From the NCBI GenBank assembly GCA_900544285.1, contig UQUT01000001.1, positions 59,004 to 123,003 of the forward strand: a stretch of 64,000 nucleotides of DNA, read 5' to 3'. The translations under genes and the position numbers were made by a program. Origin of the DNA: an uncultured Eubacterium sp. Lineage in GTDB: Bacteria > Bacillota > Clostridia > Oscillospirales > CAG-272. Below, piece after piece: positions 27,783 through 35,536 of this stretch (positions are counted from its first letter, which is position 1; each line of letters opens with the position of its first letter). The notes under the pieces were generated by a model. That model ran no database searches. It was not told the origin of the DNA and saw nothing but the letters and a program-made list of their open reading frames with translations.

Positions 27783-29354
27783 TCAGTGACATCTTTTACA
27801 CGGCGTATATCCCATACTTTGAGCTTCTTCGAGTGTCACCTGACGGGGATTTTTCATATTACTACAGCTTGAATAGCTATGATATTTTGAGCCAGAAGAA
27901 GGTATCCATACCATTTCCGTTACTTCATCGTCCGGCTCGGGTTCTGTATAGAGGGGCGGATCTTCTTCCGGCACGACGGTACTGGAAGGTGGGTTGACTG
28001 TTTCTGGCTCACTTGGAGTGGTTGGCACGGTTTCTGAGCTTTCAGGCTCATCAGACTTATCCTCTCCATATATGCCCAACTCACCGATATTTAAGGTTTC
28101 AACGCTCACCTTGTCATTATAACAATTTATCTTGAATGAAGCGTCTGTATCGTTTGTAATATTCAAATCCACCGAACCGTTAACAGAATCCGAGTCTGCA
28201 CTACAGAAATTAAGTGTATATTTCCCTGATTTAATTCTGTACTCAAATTCACCATCTTCTCCGTGCTTCAATGTTTCTGTATGACCGTCAATTTCCATTT
28301 TAACATCATAAGTGCTGAATATTAGATTTGGGACAAAATCAATTTCAATTTTGAGAGTATATTTTTCATATGGTTTATGTGTAACAATCTTCACCTCAGC
28401 GTTAGGAGGAAAAGTTGCATTTTTATCAAAAGTTTCTGTTCCGTTAATGGAAATAAGGTTTTCAAAGGTGGATTCTGTTATATCTGGATCAAGGTCAAAC
28501 GCTTCATCTGTCATTATTTCCATAAATCCCGCTTCATCAAATGCCTCGATAATCAATTCTGTATCCATACTCTTGGCCTCATCAGAAGAAAACGGAACGC
28601 CAATATTCTTAAATGAATGATATGTAATGACTATTTTCGATGAATTCTTAAACTCAACATTTCCTTCAAAGTCAGATACACCATTAATCGAAACAGATTC
28701 AACAATACCATCCCTATCCGCTTCTGAGATTTCTAAATCTTCAATTACTCCCAAAGAAATATTAGTAAAGCCAGACCGCCGAAAATCGTCCTTTACTATT
28801 TCGTATTCTTTTCCTATGCACTCTTTCGCACTATACGGAGTATCAACATTAAAAAAGTTCTCATAGGTTGGAATGTTTGTAGGAGACTTATTAAGCCAAG
28901 AATAACTCGAGATATACGGCACTACAAGCACTATGGATACGGCAAGAATCAAATATTTTAGCCAAGCTTCATTATACTTAATTTTTCCTTTATGTAAAAG
29001 CAAAGCTACAACCAACCCGCATAGTTGCAGTACAGAAAAAATGATTGGAGGAACCTTTCCATTACCTAATGCAATTAATAAAAGAAACGCAGATACGGAT
29101 ATCGCAATGGTCTCAATTTTGCAGAATAGATCTATTTTGTTCCAATAATCTGTAAATTTCCCCTTCGCTTTATTAGCAATAGATGGCTTTCGAGCCAAAG
29201 GGGTAGATGTAATCTGAGGCGCACTTTCTTTTTTATCCGGTTCTCCCTTATATTTTGCAGATGAAACGAACGTTTCCGTTTCAACTTTCATCCCGCAAAA
29301 TGGGCAAAAGTTAGAATCCTTTTTAAGTTCAGCACCGCATTTAGAGCATTTCAT
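27783..29354 (-). CDS. membrane protein: N-terminal zinc ribbon, 3 TM, large extracytoplasmic region, C-terminal Ada-type Cys4 module
   Basis: The N-terminus reads CSKCGAELKKDSNFCPFCG and TM helices follow. The C-terminus reads KYHSYSSCSNMKNPRQVTLEEAQSMGYTPCKRCH, which shares the pattern of the Ada_Zn_binding domain (yCRPSC...aGfRPCKRC). Confidence 0.5.
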   Translation of the reverse strand: MKCSKCGAELKKDSNFCPFCGMKVETETFVSSAKYKGEPDKKESAPQITSTPLARKPSIANKAKGKFTDYWNKIDLFCKIETIAISVSAFLLLIALGNGKVPPIIFSVLQLCGLVVALLLHKGKIKYNEAWLKYLILAVSIVLVVPYISSYSWLNKSPTNIPTYENFFNVDTPYSAKECIGKEYEIVKDDFRRSGFTNISLGVIEDLEISEADRDGIVESVSINGVSDFEGNVEFKNSSKIVITYHSFKNIGVPFSSDEAKSMDTELIIEAFDEAGFMEIMTDEAFDLDPDITESTFENLISINGTETFDKNATFPPNAEVKIVTHKPYEKYTLKIEIDFVPNLIFSTYDVKMEIDGHTETLKHGEDGEFEYRIKSGKYTLNFCSADSDSVNGSVDLNITNDTDASFKINCYNDKVSVETLNIGELGIYGEDKSDEPESSETVPTTPSEPETVNPPSSTVVPEEDPPLYTEPEPDDEVTEMVWIPSSGSKYHSYSSCSNMKNPRQVTLEEAQSMGYTPCKRCH

Positions 29355-29615
29355 TTGCTATCCCTCCTTTTACACTCTCAGTTTTGTTCTGTTGGCGCAA
29401 CAGGCGGTATAAGTATTTAACCATTATAAACATCCTTTCTCTTTGTATTATTATGTTCTTCAAAATCTGAAGGCACACCACAATTCGCATAGAATCTGGC
29501 ACCGCCTTGAATTTGATCTCCACAGTTTGAACCGAATGCTACTATAGCTCACCATCTCTCCTTTATATTTCTGAATTCGCCAAGATTGTTTCATCGTTCT
29601 TGACTTATTTTTTGC

Positions 29616-30656
29616 TTATGGGTGGCAGTTACCGCAGGGATCATAGCCTCGAGCAATTACATCGTCTCGGCTTCCTGTAAAATATTCCTTATTGCTCTCT
29701 TTCATTCGGCCTACCGATGAGCAGGAAGGATAGTGGAATTTCTTTGTGTTTTTATTAAGAATATACGTGGTTTCCTGCTTGTTTTCTTCCGGTTGCTGAT
29801 TTACAGTCGGTTGTTCTTCATTTGGCACTTCTTTCGATCCGCCTATATAAGAACTTTCGCCTGTCGCATAGTCTATTGAGATCTGCGGCTGCGCATTGTA
29901 AACAAAGACATTGAAACAAATACCGTCGCCATCATCTTCAACAGAATACGCTTCCATTTGAACCCCGTTGGCGACAAGGTTTTTCCCGTCGTAGATAGGA
30001 GTAACCCGATAGAGGACGTGGTAATTTGTTTCCTTTACGAAGTCGGCAACCATATTCTCGAATGGCAGCATACCATCAACATTCATATACCGAGTACCTG
30101 TTATCAGATTCTTCGTATTCGCATTCTCTCCACTTAGCTGAAAACCGATTAAATGGCAGCGGTTATATAGGTACTTTCCGTCAACGCAATCATATTTAAC
30201 CGTGTGCCATCCGGTAGGCTTGACCTGCCCGATACTCCCACGATCTTCGGTTGGCATTAAATCTTGACCAATGCAGGCCATCGCAATTCCACATCTGCCG
30301 AGGTTGTCAAGGTCGCTATAATATTCATACGATTGCGTCGTATAATCATCATCGCTGAAATACGGCACATTATCGTTGACTGCCACATAGGGCGATCCTG
30401 CGAAAGCAGGAATACTCGACAACGAGACTGCTTTATTTTCGGTTGGTATAGAGGGCTTTTCAGTAGGCGTTGAATCTGTGCTGACTTCCGGTTCTGAGTC
30501 CGGTATTGATTGTTCGCTCTCGGTTGGTTTCGTCAGCTCAATACTCGACGATGAATCCGATATATCAGAACTTATTTCATCAGGGATTTCACCGCACCCG
30601 GAAAAGATAATGCTCACCGCCAGAAGAAGCGATAAAAGCCACGTCATTTTCTTCAT
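29616..30656 (-). CDS. lipoprotein DNA/RNA non-specific endonuclease (EndA/NucA-like) with a C-terminal Ada-type Cys4 module
   Basis: The lipobox reads MKKMTWLLSLLLAVSIIFSGC. NRCHLIGFQLSGENANTKNLITGT is a DRGH-type beta-beta-alpha-Me nuclease motif. The C-terminus KFHYPSCSSVGRMKESNKEYFTGSRDDVIARGYDPCGNCHP matches the tail of the 27783 product. Confidence 0.7.
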   Translation of the reverse strand: MKKMTWLLSLLLAVSIIFSGCGEIPDEISSDISDSSSSIELTKPTESEQSIPDSEPEVSTDSTPTEKPSIPTENKAVSLSSIPAFAGSPYVAVNDNVPYFSDDDYTTQSYEYYSDLDNLGRCGIAMACIGQDLMPTEDRGSIGQVKPTGWHTVKYDCVDGKYLYNRCHLIGFQLSGENANTKNLITGTRYMNVDGMLPFENMVADFVKETNYHVLYRVTPIYDGKNLVANGVQMEAYSVEDDGDGICFNVFVYNAQPQISIDYATGESSYIGGSKEVPNEEQPTVNQQPEENKQETTYILNKNTKKFHYPSCSSVGRMKESNKEYFTGSRDDVIARGYDPCGNCHP

Positions 30657-31060
30657 TTTTCAAAAATCTCCTTTGTTATTTTTTCGTGCGATTTTCCCGT
30701 GAACTCGAATAAAGATACCGATTTGAAGCCGTTTTGTGTCGGCTCAAAATCGAGCTGATAATCGCTCGGATATTTTCGATTCCACCAATAGACAATAATC
30801 CTATCAATTTCATTCAAATGCTCTTTTACCGAGAAGTTCTCAATAAAATAATCTGCTTCATCTTTTCCCTCAACGGGGAAATGGTCGAAAAGGGTGTAGC
30901 GGATACCCGCCGACGAAATGAGTTTTTCAGAAAATTTATTTATAAACAGATTGCCGTTAAGAGAAGCCCCTATATCTTCAAGAATTTTCTCGTCACGGCT
31001 GAGCCGCCTATGATTGAACAGCATACCCTTGTTGTCATCTAAAAGAAAAATAACGGTCAT
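30653..31060 (-). CDS. small cytoplasmic hypothetical protein, translationally coupled to the nuclease (candidate nuclease inhibitor or immunity protein)
   Basis: 135 aa from ATG 31060, preceded by GGGAGGTG. Its stop overlaps the nuclease start (ATGA). No signal peptide is present. Confidence 0.4.
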   Translation of the reverse strand: MTVIFLLDDNKGMLFNHRRLSRDEKILEDIGASLNGNLFINKFSEKLISSAGIRYTLFDHFPVEGKDEADYFIENFSVKEHLNEIDRIIVYWWNRKYPSDYQLDFEPTQNGFKSVSLFEFTGKSHEKITKEIFEK

Positions 31061-31300
31061 TGAAACACCTCCCACGAATAGTGATAATTACGCTATACAG
31101 CATAAAAATAAGCAGACCGTCAAAACACAAATCGAATCGACGGTCTGCTTCATATTCAAAACGAAACAAGTGAAAATAGTGTAAGTAGAAATATGATTTT
31201 ACGGCTCATTTTCTCCTCCATATTTACTCAATGTCTCATTTCGCATATGGTTCTTGTATGCAGCGTCGTTCAGGTAATGTCTTGACTGAAACTGTTCCTT

Positions 31301-32701
31301 TTATTCAGGCTGAGGAACAGGAGGAATCGGAGGTGCGGGTGGAACCGTACCGAACAACGCTTGCAGTTCGGGAACTGTTTCCGCCACCATCCAATTTGCC
31401 ATTCCTTGCTTCCAGACAAGACTCTGCTTTGTAAATGTTCCAGCAACAACCATCTGCGACAAGGTTCCAATATCATACGGGCCAGTTGTCTGCCCGTTTA
31501 TTGCAATATGGAAAGAGACTGTTGGAATTGGAGGAGGAACCATACCTGCCTGCGGTGGCATTGCACCGCTTTGTGGTTGGTTCATTCCATTCATCATATT
31601 GTTCATTGTGCCTGCAATATTTTGGCCAACGGCACCGCCTACTGCCATTCCTGCCATCATAGCAGCAGGATTAAAGCCTGCACCGCCCCCACCTAAATCA
31701 ACTCCGCCTGCACCGTTAGCGCCCATCTGCCCCAAAGCGTTAGCACCTGCAACACCAACATCTGTTTGAGCTTCAACTTGGTAAGCAGCAAAATTAGCTG
31801 TTTGAGTCGCTTTGTGTTGAGCATAAGCCCCTTCTTCACGCTGAATACGAAGTGATTCCTCATAGTTGAGAGCTTCAATTCTTTGCTTATCTTCAATATT
31901 TTTAATTTGAGCGGCAGCTTGCGCTCTCGTTGTAGCGGCACTAACCTCTTGGGTTACGCTCATAAGCTGACGATAACCGTCACTTGATTTATCCAAGTCA
32001 ATAGCCGAAATATCAACGCCGGACACGTCCACCCCAAAATCTTGGCGTAATCTCTGCGAAAGAGCTTTTTCAACTATATCGTTGATTTCTGCGGTCTTGC
32101 GTTCAATCTGAATTACGGGAATATTATACTCGGCAGGGGCATTTGCAACTGTATTTTTCACATTTCTTATAACAGCGTCTTTAATCTGATTTTGAAAATT
32201 TGTCAATGTAAATTCTGCAAGCCTATGCAGTTTGATAAACTCCTGATAATCAGATATTTTGAAGCTGATTGTACCACGAACAGCCGTTGGTACTCCAAAA
32301 TCCAAGAAACGAGGATCATATACATCAAAAAATGGAACACCAAACTTCACCTGAATAATGTGCGCAAGATTGATGAAATATACCTCTGCTTGGAACGGGG
32401 TTCCGCCTTCAAAAGCTAACCCAACTAAGCTCGCAAGAACAGGCAGGTTCGCCGTCTTTATCGTTTGGTCAAACGGGCCGACGATGAAATCCTGCATTGT
32501 TCCATTTTCTTGTTTATAGACAAAGACCGCAACTTCACCGTCTTTGACTCTTAACGATGAACCCCAACGAATAGCATTTTCTCGATTATTGTTTCCTTTT
32601 TCTGAACCTACCGGATGCCACTTCCAAATCAAATATGACGGCTCATCACAGCGAATTTCATCCATAAATCCGCCTGCTTTGGGTTTATTAAACAATGCCA
32701 T
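31301..32701 (-). CDS. SPFH/band-7 domain protein with a G/M/N/Q-rich low-complexity linker and a C-terminal DUF4339 (GYF-like) domain
   Basis: The N-terminus reads MALFNKPKAGGFMDEIRCDEPSYLIWKWHP, a COG4260-type SPFH. The C-terminus reads FHIAINGQTTGPYDIGTLSQMVVAGTFTKQSLVWKQGMANWM. I chose the internal start at 32701. Confidence 0.6.
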   Translation of the reverse strand: MALFNKPKAGGFMDEIRCDEPSYLIWKWHPVGSEKGNNNRENAIRWGSSLRVKDGEVAVFVYKQENGTMQDFIVGPFDQTIKTANLPVLASLVGLAFEGGTPFQAEVYFINLAHIIQVKFGVPFFDVYDPRFLDFGVPTAVRGTISFKISDYQEFIKLHRLAEFTLTNFQNQIKDAVIRNVKNTVANAPAEYNIPVIQIERKTAEINDIVEKALSQRLRQDFGVDVSGVDISAIDLDKSSDGYRQLMSVTQEVSAATTRAQAAAQIKNIEDKQRIEALNYEESLRIQREEGAYAQHKATQTANFAAYQVEAQTDVGVAGANALGQMGANGAGGVDLGGGGAGFNPAAMMAGMAVGGAVGQNIAGTMNNMMNGMNQPQSGAMPPQAGMVPPPIPTVSFHIAINGQTTGPYDIGTLSQMVVAGTFTKQSLVWKQGMANWMVAETVPELQALFGTVPPAPPIPPVPQPE

Positions 32702-32754
32702 AAAAATACCTCCTAAAATTTTTTGATTTCTGCTCTCTAACACAAGCCGTACCA

Positions 32755-33618
32755 TCATTTGATTTTTATTTTCAGTTCCTTCATTTTGTCAAAATACATC
32801 TTTTGGATTCCGGCAAAAGCAGGATCATTAGGGAATACTATTTCTGCCTTTTTATACACCTGTTCCATTTTTGCTACCCACGCATTACTGATTGTTCTGC
32901 CAATAGTCGCACCCGTTTCGGCTTGACCATTACTATTGATTCGGTTTGTAAATGTGTTTTTAGACAAACTCACATCAATATTGGCAATAGCAAGCATCAT
33001 AAATTCTAAACAGTCATCAATAGAGTTAGGAATAGGAAAATTTCTTATCAATGAAAGTTTTTGAACATCTGCCTTATCTGCTGCAAGATAAACGCTTAAT
33101 GCACCGCCTAATCCCTTTTTTCGAGATCCTTCAATCGCCATTAGCTGATCCTTAAATGCCTGAACGGATGATACCGCCGCCCTTCCAGTTATTCTTACGC
33201 CACAATCTGGGCAAATAGCTGTTGTCTCGCTGATAACACTTCCGCAATTCGGGCACTTGAAAATCTTTCCGACAAATTCCTGCTGCCTTTGGGAAGGGTT
33301 CGGCTGAGGCGGGGTAGGTGGTGTTTCTTGTGCGGCCGGGGTAGACGTTGTGCCAACCGGCGCACCACATCCGTGGCAGAATTTTGCGCCCGCATTAAGT
33401 TTTGTGCCGCAGTTAGAGCAGAACATATATGTACCCTCTTTCTTTGTAGTATCGGATTGATATGAAATGTTCTCATCTTCATTCCCATCATCGGAATCAT
33501 TATCCGAAATACTTTCGATTTTTGCTTGAACTTTTCCAATGGTGGATTGAATATCAAACGGTAATGCACCTGAAAGCCCTTTCAAAAGTCCTTTTTTCTC
33601 TTTGCTCATAATTTTCAC
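32755..33618 (-). CDS. double zinc-ribbon protein
   Basis: CSNCGTKLNAGAKFCHGCG and CPNCGSVISETTAICPDCG are followed by a ~150-aa domain I cannot assign. Confidence 0.5.
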   Translation of the reverse strand: MKIMSKEKKGLLKGLSGALPFDIQSTIGKVQAKIESISDNDSDDGNEDENISYQSDTTKKEGTYMFCSNCGTKLNAGAKFCHGCGAPVGTTSTPAAQETPPTPPQPNPSQRQQEFVGKIFKCPNCGSVISETTAICPDCGVRITGRAAVSSVQAFKDQLMAIEGSRKKGLGGALSVYLAADKADVQKLSLIRNFPIPNSIDDCLEFMMLAIANIDVSLSKNTFTNRINSNGQAETGATIGRTISNAWVAKMEQVYKKAEIVFPNDPAFAGIQKMYFDKMKELKIKIK

Positions 33619-33670
33619 CTCAAAAATTTGTTATCCTCTATCGCTTTGCTTGTCTGAAAAGGAACGGTTT

Positions 33671-33967
33671 TTATTCAGCCTTACCAGTATTGATTTCTCC
33701 AACAAGGTAAGCGTTTAATTCATCTGCCGAAATCTCATAGAATTTCAAAAGAGGCTTTGTTTCTGGATTTTTTGAAAATACTAAGAAACAAGCAAGAAAG
33801 GTACTCCACGACATCTTTCGTTTTCTGTTTTCTACGGCAACTAATGTCTGCCTACTAACACCGATAATCTCTGCTAACTTTGCTTGTGAAAGTGAAGCTT
33901 TCGCTCGCAAGGTAGCTAAATTCTGTGTCATATTATCAATCAAGTTCTCTTTTACAGCTTCATTCAT
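33671..33967 (-). CDS. XRE-family HTH regulator
   Basis: LSQAKLAEIIGVSRQTLVAVENRKRK is the HTH. It is divergent from the integrase. Confidence 0.7.
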   Translation of the reverse strand: MNEAVKENLIDNMTQNLATLRAKASLSQAKLAEIIGVSRQTLVAVENRKRKMSWSTFLACFLVFSKNPETKPLLKFYEISADELNAYLVGEINTGKAE

Positions 33968-33994
33968 AGACCAACCCTCCTACGTAAAATAGGA

Positions 33995-34014
33995 TTTTCG
34001 TGAAGTATGCTACT
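33995..34014. repeat. left copy of a perfect 20-bp inverted repeat flanking the integrase gene
   Basis: ttttcgtgaagtatgctact. Its exact reverse complement lies at 35427-35446. Confidence 0.8.
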
Positions 34015-34225
34015 TGACGGGAGAATACTCCGACACAAATAGACACTATAATTATACTTATTGTTGTCGGATTTGTCAATATGACGCACGAAAATTCCGG
34101 TTTTTTTCGGATTTTCTTTATCAGACGGTCGAAAAAGCAGGTCTTTTCTCCCCTAAAAGCTCTCAAACACGGGTTTATCGCCGTCAGAATTTCCGTCAGC
34201 ATTACATAGAAAGGAGGCATTTCTT

Positions 34226-35356
34226 ATGTCAAAAAAAGGTGAAAACATTTATAAGCGAAAGGACGGAAGATGGGAAGGTCGGTATATCAAGCTCTATGAC
34301 GCTGACGGAAAAGCAAAATACGGTTATCTCTATGGGAAAACCTACGGTGAAACCAAAACCAAGCTGCAAGAAAAACAAGCGCAGATCTGCCGGGGGCAGC
34401 TTCCCCAAGTATCAAAAATCGCTTTGTATTCGGATATACTTACGGCTTGGCTTCAATCCACCCGTATCAATGTAAAGGAATCTACCTACGTTCGGTATAA
34501 GCAGCTTATCGACCGCCACATTATCCCGCCTTTGGGGAAATACGTTGTCGGCAAAATCAGTACGCAGTTGATTGAAAAGTTTGTAGAGGAAAAGATAAAA
34601 AGCGGTCGTTTGGACGGGAAAGGCGGCCTGTCGCCTAAGACGGTAACGGATATTATCACGATTGTAAAAAGTTCAATGGAATATGCTTCTTATAATGGGT
34701 TCCCGGTGGCCTGCAATCTGAGTAAGCTGTCTGTAAAAAAGAAAGAAAAAGAGATGAGGGTTTTGTCGGCACAAGAACAGAAGCAGCTAACCTCAACCCT
34801 CCTTGAAGAAACGGATCTTTGTAAATTGGGGGTGCTTCTCAGCCTATATACCGGGATACGGATTGGGGAACTCTGCGCTTTACGATGGGAGAATCTGAAC
34901 CCCAACGACAAAACCCTTCGGGTGCGGGAAACAATGCAGCGTATTCAAAGCTCTGAGCCGAGCGAACGGTCTAAGACTAAAATCGTGATAACCGAGCCGA
35001 AAAGCAAATGCTCGATTCGGGATATTCCACTGCCCGATTTTCTGCTTCAAATCATACGCCAGTTTCAAGGAACGCCGAAGGCTTTTATCTTAACCGGGGA
35101 AAGAAACAGGTATATCGAACCCCGTACAATGCAAAACCGCTTTCAGCGCTATGTCCGGGAAAGTGGAATAAAAGAAGCAAATTATCACGCCCTCCGTCAC
35201 ACCTTCGCCACAAGGTGCGTGGAGGTCGGATTTGAAATAAAGAGTCTGAGCGAAATTCTCGGTCACGCCAATGTCAATATTACACTCAATCGCTATGTTC
35301 ACTCTTCCTTTGATCTCAAAACGCAGAATATGAATAAGCTCGCTATCGTTGCTTAA
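34226..35356 (+). CDS. int: tyrosine site-specific integrase (Tn916/phage Int family)
   Basis: The N-terminal arm-binding domain reads NIYKRKDGRWEGRYIKLYDADGKAKYGY. The C-terminal catalytic box reads HALRHTFATRCVEVGFEIKSLSEILGHANVNITLNRYVH. Confidence 0.9.
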   Translation: MSKKGENIYKRKDGRWEGRYIKLYDADGKAKYGYLYGKTYGETKTKLQEKQAQICRGQLPQVSKIALYSDILTAWLQSTRINVKESTYVRYKQLIDRHIIPPLGKYVVGKISTQLIEKFVEEKIKSGRLDGKGGLSPKTVTDIITIVKSSMEYASYNGFPVACNLSKLSVKKKEKEMRVLSAQEQKQLTSTLLEETDLCKLGVLLSLYTGIRIGELCALRWENLNPNDKTLRVRETMQRIQSSEPSERSKTKIVITEPKSKCSIRDIPLPDFLLQIIRQFQGTPKAFILTGERNRYIEPRTMQNRFQRYVRESGIKEANYHALRHTFATRCVEVGFEIKSLSEILGHANVNITLNRYVHSSFDLKTQNMNKLAIVA

Positions 35357-35426
35357 CGCCGTCAAAATTGTAGTCAGTAATCCCCGAGAATGCCTGTATT
35401 GCAGGGATTTCCGGGGATTTTACTTT

Positions 35427-35446
35427 GAGTAGCATACTTCACGAAA
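35427..35446. repeat. right copy of the perfect 20-bp inverted repeat
   Basis: agtagcatacttcacgaaaa. It follows a stem-loop, aatccccg...cggggatt, placed just after the int stop. Confidence 0.8.
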
Positions 35447-35536
35447 ACAACAAGTGCTTTTTCTCCCTTTAATTTGGGTTGATTTTTTCAATATGTAAGC
35501 AAGACGCCGCCTTAACAGGCAGCGTCTTTTTTGTGT

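Noticed and set aside
27728-27997. 89-aa plus-strand ORF
   Set aside because: It overlaps the 3' end of the 27783 membrane-protein gene on the opposite strand and has no ribosome-binding site.
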